Origin: Planctomycetota bacterium
GTDB taxonomy: Bacteria > Planctomycetota > GCA-002687715 > CAIWVZ01
NCBI GenBank assembly: GCA_044222185.1
Contig: JBGANV010000001.1
Location: 1,920,001-1,984,000, forward strand
DNA: 64,000 bases
Direction: 5' to 3'
In this document: positions 48,167-57,626 of the stretch, one piece after another
Layout: every line of letters starts with the position of its first letter
How positions within the stretch are numbered: position 1 is the stretch's first letter
Notes under the pieces: generated by a model
The model's input: the letters and a program-made list of their open reading frames with translations, nothing else
What the model was told of the DNA's origin: nothing
Database searches by the model: none
Translations under genes and position numbers: made by a program

Positions 48167-50440
48167 ATGAGCCCATCCGCCAATCAAGGTGAGCTGTTCG
48201 AGCGGCCCCCGATCGCCATCGCTGCCAAGGTCGCAGAGGTGGCGGTCGCCGCCCGCGTGCGCCGAACGCTCACCTACGTGGTCCCGGACGGCGTCCCGGT
48301 CGCCGAGGGCCACGGCGTCATCGTCCCACTCGGAACGCGCACGGTGGAGGGGTTCGTGCTTCGCGTGCGACCCGGCGAGGCCTCGGACGGCGAGTTGAAG
48401 AGCATCGTCCGCGTGAAGACGGCGGAGCCCGTCGTCTCGGCGTCCATGCTGAGCCTTGCCGTCTGGATGGCCGAGTACTACGGGGCCGACGTGAGCGAGT
48501 GCCTGCAGGCCGTCGTTCCCGCTCCGGTGCGCGGCGGTGTGCGCCTGCCCACGGCCCGCGTCGTCGAGCTTGCCATCCGCCGCGACGAGGCGGCAGCCCT
48601 CCTCCTGAAACTCCTGGAGAGCGCCCGCAACCGTGCCCAGACGGCGGTCCTGAACGCCCTTCTCGAGAGCTCGACACCGCTCCCCATCGCGGACCTGAAG
48701 CTCAAGACCTCCGTCGGTGACTCCCCGATCCGCACGCTCGCGCGACGCAATGTCCTGCGGATCACCGAGGTCGTCGTGCGCGACGATGGCGCCTCCGAGC
48801 CAAAGCCCGTGGCGAGCCAGCCGCGACCGCGACTGACCGACGATCAGGCGATCGCGGTCGACGCGATCCTCCCGGCGATCACGGCCCGCGAATCGCGAGT
48901 CTTCGCCCTGATCGGCGTCACCGGATCCGGCAAGACCGAGGTCTACCTGCGTGCATGCGAGGAGGCGCTGTCGCTCGGCCGGTCCGCCATCATGCTCGTT
49001 CCCGAGATCGCGCTCACGCCGCAGACGGTGGAACGCTTCCGTGCCCGCCTCGGTGACGTCGCGGTTCTCCACTCGAACCAATCGGACTCGGCGCGCGTCC
49101 GGCAGTGGGCGCAATTGAAGAGCGGCGTCACGCGCGTCGCTCTCGGCCCCCGATCGGCCCTCTTCGCGCCGCTCACCGACCTGGGCGTCATCATCATCGA
49201 CGAGGAACACGAGACCACGTTCAAGCAGCAGAACGCCCCGCGCTATCAGACGAGGGACGTGGCCATGCGCCGCGCGCAGGCCGACGGGTCGGTCCTCATC
49301 CTCGGATCGGCGACGCCGTCACTCGAAACCGAGTGGTTGGGGCGCAGCGGGACGGCATCGAGGCTCGAACTGCCCCGCCGCGTCTCGGGCCGCCCCATGC
49401 CGGATATCCGGATCGTCGACATGCGGAACGAGAAGCCGCTCGGGCCGGGAGGACTCTTCTCGACCCCGCTCTACCACCAGGTGCGCGAGGCGATCTCCCG
49501 CAAGGAGCAGGTGCTTCTGTTCCTGAATCGCCGGGGGTTCTCGACGCAGGTGCTGTGCAAGCGGTGTGGCTGGGCGGCAAAATGCGGCGGCTGTGCCGTG
49601 CACCTGACGTACTACTTCGGCGCCTCGACGCTCCTGTGTCACTACTGCGGGACCAAGCTGCCGCCACCCTCGAAGTGTCCCGACTGCGGCTCTCCGCAGG
49701 TGCGCTACCAGGGTTCCGGTACCGAGCGCGTCGAAACGGCGGCGAAGGCGCTGTTCCCCGGAGCACACGTCGCCAGGATGGATGGTGAAACGCTTCAGGC
49801 CCGGGGTTCGGCCGAGCGGATCTACGATCGACTTCGCGACGGGACCATCGACGTCCTCGTGGGCACGCAGGTGATCGCGAAGGGATTCGACATCCCCAAC
49901 GTGACGACGGTGGGAGTCATCCACGCGGACACGGCGCTGCTCATCCCGGACTTCCGCGCGGCGGAACGGACGTTCCAGCTTCTGTGCCAGGTGGCAGGAC
50001 GGGCCGGCCGCGGCGACCGGGCCGGACGGGTGTTCGTCCAGACCTACGAGCCGACGCATTACGCCGTGACGTGCGCCGCGCGCCACGACTGGATCCGGTT
50101 CTCCGAGCAGGAGCTCGAGTACCGCAAGGCCGCGGGGTATCCGCCGTTCGGGCAGCTCCTGCGCGTCGTGTGTCAGGGGCCGGACGACCTGGAGGTCCAA
50201 GGCTGCATCGAGTCGGTGCGGAGGGCGCTCGACGGCGAGTTGGCGAGGACCCCCGGAACCTTCACGATCCTTGGCCCGGCGCCTTGCCCGTTGCACCAGC
50301 TGCAGGGCGCGTTCCGGTGGCACGTCATCGTGCGCACGTCCGACACGGCCCGGTTGACCGCGCTCCTCGGGGCCGTTCCGGACTCGCCCAACCGGCGGGT
50401 CCGGACGATCGTCGACCGGGATCCGGTCGCGATGATGTAG
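48167..50440 (+). CDS. priA: Primosomal protein N'
   Basis: GVTGSGKTEVY, VPEIALTPQ, DEEH, SATPS, NRRG, four CxxC pairs, QVAGRAGR. Confidence 0.97.
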   Translation: MSPSANQGELFERPPIAIAAKVAEVAVAARVRRTLTYVVPDGVPVAEGHGVIVPLGTRTVEGFVLRVRPGEASDGELKSIVRVKTAEPVVSASMLSLAVWMAEYYGADVSECLQAVVPAPVRGGVRLPTARVVELAIRRDEAAALLLKLLESARNRAQTAVLNALLESSTPLPIADLKLKTSVGDSPIRTLARRNVLRITEVVVRDDGASEPKPVASQPRPRLTDDQAIAVDAILPAITARESRVFALIGVTGSGKTEVYLRACEEALSLGRSAIMLVPEIALTPQTVERFRARLGDVAVLHSNQSDSARVRQWAQLKSGVTRVALGPRSALFAPLTDLGVIIIDEEHETTFKQQNAPRYQTRDVAMRRAQADGSVLILGSATPSLETEWLGRSGTASRLELPRRVSGRPMPDIRIVDMRNEKPLGPGGLFSTPLYHQVREAISRKEQVLLFLNRRGFSTQVLCKRCGWAAKCGGCAVHLTYYFGASTLLCHYCGTKLPPPSKCPDCGSPQVRYQGSGTERVETAAKALFPGAHVARMDGETLQARGSAERIYDRLRDGTIDVLVGTQVIAKGFDIPNVTTVGVIHADTALLIPDFRAAERTFQLLCQVAGRAGRGDRAGRVFVQTYEPTHYAVTCAARHDWIRFSEQELEYRKAAGYPPFGQLLRVVCQGPDDLEVQGCIESVRRALDGELARTPGTFTILGPAPCPLHQLQGAFRWHVIVRTSDTARLTALLGAVPDSPNRRVRTIVDRDPVAMM

Positions 50441-50463
50441 GCCGCCCCGGGGCGGCCGTGCGA

Positions 50464-51486
50464 TCAGCGCCCGGCGCTCTTCGAATCCGCGGGCAGGAGC
50501 TTCATCGACTTGGCGGCGTCCTCCCAGACCTTCGGATCGAGCGAGTCGATCTCCTTCGTTCCGAGGAGCTCACCGAGCGACTTGGCAGCGGCGCGCTGAA
50601 CGTCGATCTTCTCCGACTTGTCCGCAAGCGTCGTGATGAGGTACGGCACCGCATCCGGATCGGCGAGTCGGCCGAGTGAGAGGGCCGCACGAACCCGGAC
50701 GAGTTGCACCGGGTCGCGCAGGGCCTTCACGAGGTACGGGAAGACCTCCCGATCGCCCGTCGCGCCGAGGGCCGCGACGGCGTGCACGCGGGTCGCAGGG
50801 TCCTGGTCCTCGACCGCCGCGACGACGACGAGGATCAGCGACTTGGACGTCCCCGGCTTCAGCGTGTGGGCGAGTACGAGGGCGGCGTTGCTTCGAACCT
50901 CCGGGCGCGGGTGCCGCAGATACGGCACGACGATCTCCGGATTCACTTCCACGCGCGGCGCTGGCGGAGCCGACGACCCCTTGAGCGGGACGGGATCGGT
51001 CTTCGCCAGGTGGTACAGGGCGAGGAGCCCGTGGAGGACGACCTCGTAGTACTGGTCCTTCAGCGACTCCTCGATCACGGGCACTGCGTCCTGTCGCTGC
51101 GAGAACCCGAGCGCCATGACCATGGTGCGACGGTGACGCGGCGTTCCCGCGCGGAGGTCCGAGACGATCTCGGCGAAGTGATCGGTGACGTAGGTGTGGA
51201 GCAGGCTCTCCATGCTCGCCTGCTTCTCGTACTCCTGCGCGTTCGTGGCGGCCCACCACTGGTCGCAGGCCCATTCGAGGCGGAGGAGCCGCTCGTTGCG
51301 CTTCTCCGGCATTTCGGCGAGCGCCGAAGGGCCCGCCGCGGCGTTGTCCCCACTGGTCGGTTGCGTGGCGGTCACGGCAGCGGTCTCCGGACCTGTCGTC
51401 GATTCGGATGCGCAGCCGCCGCCAAGCACGAAAAGTCCGGCTGCGAGGGCGGCCGCGAGCCCGGACCTGCTTTCGAGTCGTTTCAC
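50464..51486 (-). CDS. HEAT-repeat lipoprotein
   Basis: Lipobox GGGC after a hydrophobic stretch; HPRPEVRSNAA, DPATRVHAV and DPVQLVRVRAA repeats. Confidence 0.8.
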   Translation of the reverse strand: MKRLESRSGLAAALAAGLFVLGGGCASESTTGPETAAVTATQPTSGDNAAAGPSALAEMPEKRNERLLRLEWACDQWWAATNAQEYEKQASMESLLHTYVTDHFAEIVSDLRAGTPRHRRTMVMALGFSQRQDAVPVIEESLKDQYYEVVLHGLLALYHLAKTDPVPLKGSSAPPAPRVEVNPEIVVPYLRHPRPEVRSNAALVLAHTLKPGTSKSLILVVVAAVEDQDPATRVHAVAALGATGDREVFPYLVKALRDPVQLVRVRAALSLGRLADPDAVPYLITTLADKSEKIDVQRAAAKSLGELLGTKEIDSLDPKVWEDAAKSMKLLPADSKSAGR

Positions 51487-51508
51487 GCGCGATGTTCCTT
51501 TGCCGTCT

Positions 51509-51955
51509 TCAGACGTGCGACCGAGCTGCCGGCTTCCCGACGTTTTCCACGGCGACCCATTTCGACAGCGCCAGGCGAACGTCGTCCGGAATCGCCCGGA
51601 CCCGACCTGTCGCATCCACGCACCCCAGCCGGATGTACCCCTCGGCGAGCATGGACCCATCCGAGTCCCGCAGGATCCGGTGGTTCACGGTGAACTGAAC
51701 CCGCCGGAAGTGGGTAAGCCAGCTTTCGATCCGCACCACGTCGTCGTACCGGGCCGGATGGCGATAGTCGAGGTGCGCCTCGACGACCTGGAGCAGGAGC
51801 CCCCGCTGGCGCTCGAACTCGCCGTAGGGGAATCCCGTGGTCCGCATCAGCTCGGTGCGACCGATCTCGAACCAGTAGAGGTAGGTGGCGTGATAGACCA
51901 CTCCGCCCTGATCGGTTTCAGCATAGCGGACGCGCGCCGTCGTGGTGTGGATCAT
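51509..51955 (-). CDS. YbgC/FadM-family acyl-CoA thioesterase
   Basis: RVRYAETDQGGVVYHATYLYWFEIGRTE and PARYDD motifs. Confidence 0.9.
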   Translation of the reverse strand: MIHTTTARVRYAETDQGGVVYHATYLYWFEIGRTELMRTTGFPYGEFERQRGLLLQVVEAHLDYRHPARYDDVVRIESWLTHFRRVQFTVNHRILRDSDGSMLAEGYIRLGCVDATGRVRAIPDDVRLALSKWVAVENVGKPAARSHV

Positions 51956-52096
51956 GAACTCCGCCGGGCGTTGCCGATCGCCGGCCGAACCCGGAGGGCG
52001 CGAGGTTATCAGTTTCAAAAGAACGCGGAAAGCGCGCGGATGCCGGCGTTGGCCGCTTCGAAGGCCGGTGGTAAGACTTCGCCTCGACCGGGCACC

Positions 52097-52561
52097 ATGG
52101 GACTTCAACGCATCATTCTCTGGCTGGGCCCGCTCCTCTACGTGCTCGGGGCCCTGTACTTCGTCACGGTCTCGACGCCGGCCCAAAGACGCGCAGTCCT
52201 CCTCACCTGGCTGTGCCCGGGACTCGGCCACTGGAAGGCCGGCCACGCCCGACGGGGCGCCTTCTTCGCCGTGGCCCTCCTTGGGTTGTTCCTCGGCGGA
52301 CTGTGCCTGTCGGACTTCCGCTGCATCTCTCCCCTGGACCGCCACCCGATCTGGGCGCTTCTTCAGATCCCGTGCCTCCTGCCGACGGCGTTGGCGACGG
52401 TGCTGACGTCGCATCTCACGATCGACAGCGACAACGCCTACTACCAGATCGGCTGCCTCTACGTCGGGCTGGGGTGCATGCTCAACCTGATCGTCATGTG
52501 CGACGTCTACGACCTGCTCGGGCCTGACGCTCCGGCGGAACCGAAAGCCGAGGCGTCATGA
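52097..52561 (+). CDS. DUF6677-like membrane protein
   Basis: LTWLCPGLGHW..RG and GCLYVGLGCMLNL..DVYD; about 4 TM helices. Confidence 0.7.
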   Translation: MGLQRIILWLGPLLYVLGALYFVTVSTPAQRRAVLLTWLCPGLGHWKAGHARRGAFFAVALLGLFLGGLCLSDFRCISPLDRHPIWALLQIPCLLPTALATVLTSHLTIDSDNAYYQIGCLYVGLGCMLNLIVMCDVYDLLGPDAPAEPKAEAS

Positions 52562-53868
52562 TCGGGATCCTCCCCACGATCGCCCTCTTCATCCCGCTCC
52601 TGCTCGTGCTCGAACTGGTCTCCGCCGCTCCCGGGCGGCGCGACATGCGTGACGTGGTCCGCGTGGGCGTCAGGGCCTTCGGTCGGCACTTCGTCCCGAT
52701 TGCCGCGATCGCGCTCCTTCTCCATTTCGTCGCCGATTTCCTTCGCAGTCACAACGCGTTCTGAGGCGTCGAGCGCACGCAGCGAACGGCCGTCTGGTTC
52801 CCGCACGATCAGCCCGCGCGACTCGAGCGACAGCGCCATGGCGAGCACGCGCGACGGAGGCTCGCCGGCCATGCGAACGAGGTCGTCGAGATCGACTGCC
52901 GTCGCCGAAAGAAGGCTCAGGAGTCGCGCCTCCGGCGGCGTGACGACGATCCCCGAGTCGGGCAACGGACACGCGGACCGGGCGGCAACGGTCACACCGA
53001 GTGATTCGAGCACGTGTTCCGGCGTGCCCACCGCCGTTGCCCCCTCGCGCAACAGCTGAGTGGGCGCCTCCGACAAAGGGCTGTCGATCGGTCCCGGGAC
53101 CACGAGGACGTCACGCCCGAGGTCCGCAGCCCACCGCACGGACGTCAGGCTCCCGGACTTGATGCGGGCCTCGACGACGAGAAGCGCATCACACAGGGCC
53201 ACGAGAAGGCGATTGCGCCGCGGGAAGTGGTGCGCAAGCGGGGGCGTCCCGGGGAGATACTCGGTCACGACGGCACCGCGCTCGCCAATCCGCGCCTGCA
53301 ACGCCCGATGCTCGGGCGGATAGGCCTGGTCCGGGCCGCAACCGAGGACGGCGATGGTCACGCCGCCCGCATCCAGCGTCGCCTGATGGGCGGCCGCGTC
53401 GATGCCACGCGCGAGCCCGCTGACGATGGTGACGCCGGCGCGCGCCAGCGGATCGACCAGGCGCCGGACGGCACGCACTCCGTATGCGGACGCCCGCCGC
53501 GCCCCGACGACGGCCAGCGATGGCCGCGTCTCGTCGAACGCCCCGCGCACGAAGAGAACGACCGGTGGGTCAGGAAGACACGCGAACCGCGACGCGCGCG
53601 AGACCTCCACGGCTCGAAAGCCCGTCTGACGCAGCTGCGCGGAGAGATCCCGCGCTCGGCCATCCAGATCCGGTGCCGCGAGCGCCTCCAGCAGGACCGG
53701 TGGTGTCCGTGCTCCCGCGATCGCGTCGCGGCGAACGTGCCACCAGGATTCGATCGGTCCGGCGTGATCCTCCAGCGTTCGCAGGAGATCCAGCCCGGCT
53801 CGGTGCCTTGCGGCGGCGAGGAGGCCGACGAGAGCCTCGATCCTTTTCGGGTCATCGGTGTCGCGCAC
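52507..53868 (-). CDS. dprA: DNA-processing protein DprA (ORF extends about 85 codons beyond the wHTH)
   Basis: AVVGAR, VSGLARGIDAAAH, YPPEH, FPRRNR, SGSL and VPG motifs; C-terminal winged helix. Confidence 0.92.
   Translation of the reverse strand: MRDTDDPKRIEALVGLLAAARHRAGLDLLRTLEDHAGPIESWWHVRRDAIAGARTPPVLLEALAAPDLDGRARDLSAQLRQTGFRAVEVSRASRFACLPDPPVVLFVRGAFDETRPSLAVVGARRASAYGVRAVRRLVDPLARAGVTIVSGLARGIDAAAHQATLDAGGVTIAVLGCGPDQAYPPEHRALQARIGERGAVVTEYLPGTPPLAHHFPRRNRLLVALCDALLVVEARIKSGSLTSVRWAADLGRDVLVVPGPIDSPLSEAPTQLLREGATAVGTPEHVLESLGVTVAARSACPLPDSGIVVTPPEARLLSLLSATAVDLDDLVRMAGEPPSRVLAMALSLESRGLIVREPDGRSLRALDASERVVTAKEIGDEMEKERDRGNRDEVPTEGPDAHADHVTHVAPPGSGGDQFEHEQERDEEGDRGEDPDHDASAFGSAGASGPSRS
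52558..52764 (+). CDS. Small 2-TM hypothetical protein
   Basis: ATGA coupling to the upstream gene; two hydrophobic helices; lies antisense to the dprA tail. Confidence 0.5.
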   Translation: MIGILPTIALFIPLLLVLELVSAAPGRRDMRDVVRVGVRAFGRHFVPIAAIALLLHFVADFLRSHNAF

Positions 53869-54064
53869 GAATCATCCCTCTGGGAATGACGCGCGGGACC
53901 GCCCGGTCGTTCGGAAAAAAAGTGCCGGCCCGGCAGGGGCACGCAGCCGCTCCGTCCGAGGCGGATTCAAGTGGCGGCGAAAGCGTCCGAAAACAACGAC
54001 GCGGGCCGCGGTCGCCGAACGACGACCGGACCCGCGCGAAGTACCGAAGGCAGGCGTACGAGCC

Positions 54065-54093
54065 GATCGGGCCGCACGGTGGCGACCCCGATC
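54065..54093 (-). terminator. hairpin directly downstream of flagellin 1
   Basis: GATCGGGCCGC..GCGACCCCGATC imperfect inverted repeat; no clear U-tract. Confidence 0.35.
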
Positions 54094-54105
54094 AGGCGCC
54101 GCGGA

Positions 54106-54936
54106 TCACCCTCGCAGGAGTGTGAGAGCCTGGGCCGGCTGCTGGTTCGCTTGAGCGAGAACCGAGAGCGCGGCCTGCTGCAGGATGTTGTTCTTGGTCA
54201 ACTCTGCAGTCTCCTTCGCGATGTCGACGTCCGCGATGCGCGAATTCGCGGCCGACAGGTTCTCGATGCGGCTGTCCGTGTTCGCGATGGACGACGAGAG
54301 CCGGTTCTGAACCGCGCCGAGCGTTGCGCGCGCCGTCGTGACGGTGTCGAGCGCCGTGTCGAGCGCCGTGATCGCCGAGCTGGCGCTGCCCGTCGACCCG
54401 ATGTTGAGCGAGCTGATGCTCAACGAGCTGGTGAGGCTCGAGGTCAGCGTCACGCTCAAGGTGTCCGTGCCGGCCGTCGTGTTGATGCCGACCTGGATCG
54501 ACACCGTCGACGTCGAGCCGTCCAGCAGCTTCGTGCCGTTGAACTTCGTCGCGTTCGAGATCTGGTCGATGTTCGCGAGGATCTGCGCGAACTCCGTCTG
54601 GAGGTTGTCCTTGTCCGTGCCCGAGAGGGTTCCGTTCGCGGACTCGACCGCGAGCTCGCGAGCGCGAGTCAGCTGCTGCCCGATGTCCTCGAGGCCCGAC
54701 TCGGCCGTCTGAACGAGCGAGATGCCGTCGTTCGCATTGCGGTTCGCCTGCTCGAGGCTTCGAACCTGGTTGCCCAAGCGGGCGGACACCGCGAGACCAG
54801 CGGCGTCGTCGGCGGCGCGGGCGATACGCTTGCCCGTCGACAAGTGTTCGAAGTTGCGGCCGAGCGCGCGGCCGACGTTGTTCAAATTGCGCTGCGCCGA
54901 CAGAGACTCGACGTTCGTGTTGATCCGCAGACTCAT
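54106..54936 (-). CDS. fliC: Flagellin (minimal, 276 aa)
   Basis: MSLRINTNV, LSTGKRI..AADDAAGL, QTAE, GAVQNRL, SRIADVD and AQAN motifs. Confidence 0.96.
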   Translation of the reverse strand: MSLRINTNVESLSAQRNLNNVGRALGRNFEHLSTGKRIARAADDAAGLAVSARLGNQVRSLEQANRNANDGISLVQTAESGLEDIGQQLTRARELAVESANGTLSGTDKDNLQTEFAQILANIDQISNATKFNGTKLLDGSTSTVSIQVGINTTAGTDTLSVTLTSSLTSSLSISSLNIGSTGSASSAITALDTALDTVTTARATLGAVQNRLSSSIANTDSRIENLSAANSRIADVDIAKETAELTKNNILQQAALSVLAQANQQPAQALTLLRG

Positions 54937-55038
54937 GACATTCCTTTCACTTTCTCGTTCCCACGCATCACGTGAGAGTGTGCGTCGGGACCTCGGGGGC
55001 TTTGACGCCGACCCGATACGCCTGGCTTCATGGGCTGT

Positions 55039-55066
55039 CTATCGAGCAGGGACTGACGGATCTTGA
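55039..55066 (-). promoter_or_regulatory. putative sigma28 (FliA) promoter of flagellin 1
   Basis: Minus strand TCAAG-N15-CTCGATAG, about 100 nt before the ATG. Confidence 0.5.
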
Positions 55067-55384
55067 AACACTGTGGAAGAATCCAACACTCGACGCCGAC
55101 GCAAAACATGCTCGCGATTTCCATGTTCTCGCGTCGACCGGTTTCGTAGGTGGCGCGCATGGCGTGCGTTGCGCTGAACCCAGCCGCGTGGCGCCTCCGC
55201 AGCCCGTGCGCTGATCGGTGCCTGCCTCCGCGCGACACGCGCGTGTGCGCGAAGTGACGACCGCCGGAGCGCGCCCGAGCGGCAGGGTGGTTTCGAAGAC
55301 GTGCGGGCCCGAGCAGGTTTCGCGGAGCTACCGCGCTTTGGCGGTGCACTGGCGACGCGGTGATGAAACCTGCGAACACGTACG

Positions 55385-55422
55385 AAAGAACGCCGGGGCA
55401 CCCCTCGGTGCCACGGCGTTCT
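55385..55422 (-). terminator. intrinsic terminator after flagellin 2
   Basis: Minus strand GAACGCCG-TGGCACC..GGTGCC-CCGGCGTTC-TTT. Confidence 0.7.
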
Positions 55423-55446
55423 CGAACGATCACTCGTCAGCTTCGA

Positions 55447-56280
55447 TCAGCCCTGACGGAGGAGGGCCAGGGCCGACGACGGCTGCTGGTTCGCCTGGGC
55501 GAGCACCGAGAGCGCGGCCTGCTGGAGGATGTTGTTCTTCGTCAGCTCCGCGGTCTCGAACGCGATGTCGACGTCGACGATGCGCGAGTTCGCGGCCGAG
55601 AGGTTCTCGATGCGATTCTCGATGGAGGCGATCGTGCCCGTGAGCGTGTTCTGTACGGCGCCGAAAGTCGACCGCAGTGTCGAAACCTGATCGAGCGCCT
55701 GGTCGAGCGCTTGGATCGCCGTCGTCGCGTTGCCCGTCGACCCGATGTCGAGCGTCGAGATGTTGAGCGCGGACGCGAGAGCCGACGTGAGCGTGATCGC
55801 GAGCGTGTCGACGCCAGCCGTCACTCCTTCACCGATGTGAAGCGTGATCGCGCTCGACGTGCCGTTCAGCAGGTGCAGCCCGTTGAAGCTGGGCGAGTTC
55901 GCGACCTGGTTCACCTGCGCGATGAGCTGTTGAAACTCGTTTTGGAGCGCGTCCTTGTCGGCGCCAGCGAGCGTACCGTTCGACGACTGGATCGCCAGCT
56001 CGCGACCGCGGATGATCGCTTGCGCGATGTCGTCGAGCCCGGCTTCACCTGTCTGGACGAGCGAGACACCGTCGCTGGCATTCCGCGACGCCTGCGAAAG
56101 GCTTCGCGTTTGTGCCGTGAGACGCGTCGAGATCGCGAGCCCTGCCGCATCGTCGGACGCGCGTGCGATGCGACGTCCCGTGGACAAGTGCTCGAAGTTC
56201 AACGACACGCGGTTCGTTGCAATGTTCAGGTTGCGTTGTGCGGAGAGTGACGCAACGTTCGTGTTGATCCGCAGACCCAT
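55447..56280 (-). CDS. fliC: Flagellin (minimal, 277 aa)
   Basis: MGLRINTNV, LSTGRRI..SDDAAGL, GAVQN, SRIVDVD and AQAN motifs. Confidence 0.96.
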   Translation of the reverse strand: MGLRINTNVASLSAQRNLNIATNRVSLNFEHLSTGRRIARASDDAAGLAISTRLTAQTRSLSQASRNASDGVSLVQTGEAGLDDIAQAIIRGRELAIQSSNGTLAGADKDALQNEFQQLIAQVNQVANSPSFNGLHLLNGTSSAITLHIGEGVTAGVDTLAITLTSALASALNISTLDIGSTGNATTAIQALDQALDQVSTLRSTFGAVQNTLTGTIASIENRIENLSAANSRIVDVDIAFETAELTKNNILQQAALSVLAQANQQPSSALALLRQG

Positions 56281-56358
56281 GTGCTTGACCCCTTGGAATC
56301 GGTCTTCTTACACACCGCTGCGCGCGAGGCGAGATGCGCGCAGCCGGCTTCACGCACG

Positions 56359-56385
56359 TTGTCGGAACGGCGCGCGATCACTTGA
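56359..56385 (-). promoter_or_regulatory. putative sigma28 (FliA) promoter of flagellin 2
   Basis: Minus strand TCAAG-N14-TCCGACAA, close to the TAAAG..GCCGATAA consensus. Confidence 0.6.
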
Positions 56386-56478
56386 GGCTTGACTCCTCGC
56401 GCAAATTGCAGGGAAATCGCGGAAGAAAGTTCCGCGTGACCCGACGCTGTCGCGAAACGCGACACGAGCGGCGAACGA

Positions 56479-57537
56479 TCATGCGCGTGCGAAGGCGCGC
56501 GCGAGGTCGGCAAGCGGAGTGTCGCAAAACTCCACACTCCCGGGGGCGCGCACGACCGGGAGCCGAAGCACGTCGCGACGCCGCTTCTTGTCGGTCGCGA
56601 GCGCGTCCATCCACTCGGTCGCCGTGAGCGACGGTACGGTCGGCGCACTCATCCCGAGGGCGCTGAGCACGCGGGCCACGGACTCGCGGTCGGCCCCGTC
56701 CACGGCCTGAGCCTCCAGGCGCAAACCGGCTGCAACGGCGACGCCGTGCTCGACGGGCGCGCCGCGCCGGCGCGAGACGGTTTCGATGGCATGGCCGGCC
56801 GAGTGACCGGCGTTGAGCGTCGCACGCCAGCCACGGTCGAACGGGTCGCGCGAAACGACATCCGCCTTGTGCCGCAGACACCCCTCGACCACGCGGGCCA
56901 TGATCGGCGCGCGTCGTTCGAGCAGGGATCGCGCCTCGTCGACCACGAGACGCCACAGGTCGCCGCCGGCGAGGAGCGCGGTCTTGGCCACCTCACCGAG
57001 CCCCGAGCGGAACGCCGCCTCCGGGAGCGTCGCGAGGAACGCCGGATCCGCATGCACGATCGCGGGCTGCCGGATCAGCCCGACCTGGTTCTTGGCGTCG
57101 TCGAGGTTGATCGCGGACTTCCCCCCGAGAGCGGCGTCGACCTGAGCGAGCATCGTCGTTGGGACCGCGCAGAACCGGACGCCACGCAGCCACGTCGCGG
57201 CCGCGAAGCCCACGGCATCGAGGAGAGCTCCGCCGCCGACCCCGATGACCACACCGCTTCGGTCGAGTCCCGCGGCTGCGCAAGCGGTCCAGAGGCTCGC
57301 GACCGATTGCAGGGACTTCAGCGATTCGCCCCCCGAGAGGACGATCGTGGTCGTTGGCCCGGGGCAAACTCCGCGCGCAAAGGCCGCGACGGCGTCGGCC
57401 CAGACCGTGTCGAGGACCTGCTCGACGAAGACGACGGTCCCGGTCGCACCCTCCAGACGCGCGGCCTCAGCCAGGGGGCCGACGACGACGAGCGTATGCG
57501 TGTCGAGTCCGGGCGCGTGATAGGTGAACGCCGTCAC
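56479..57537 (-). CDS. aroB: 3-dehydroquinate synthase
   Basis: GESLKS, GGGALLD, PTTMLAQVDAALGGK, KNQVG, LNAGHSAGHAIE, HG and DKK motifs. Confidence 0.88.
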   Translation of the reverse strand: MTAFTYHAPGLDTHTLVVVGPLAEAARLEGATGTVVFVEQVLDTVWADAVAAFARGVCPGPTTTIVLSGGESLKSLQSVASLWTACAAAGLDRSGVVIGVGGGALLDAVGFAAATWLRGVRFCAVPTTMLAQVDAALGGKSAINLDDAKNQVGLIRQPAIVHADPAFLATLPEAAFRSGLGEVAKTALLAGGDLWRLVVDEARSLLERRAPIMARVVEGCLRHKADVVSRDPFDRGWRATLNAGHSAGHAIETVSRRRGAPVEHGVAVAAGLRLEAQAVDGADRESVARVLSALGMSAPTVPSLTATEWMDALATDKKRRRDVLRLPVVRAPGSVEFCDTPLADLARAFARA

Positions 57538-57626
57538 GCCGAGAACTTACCGTCGTGCGGGCTCACGTCCAGCGCACCGATCCTTGTCCACTCGCCGAGG
57601 ACGACGAAGAGTCTCGGCACATCGCC

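Noticed and set aside
54106-56280. Flagellin phase variation by inversion
   Set aside because: No invertase or inverted recombination sites; each gene has its own promoter-like element
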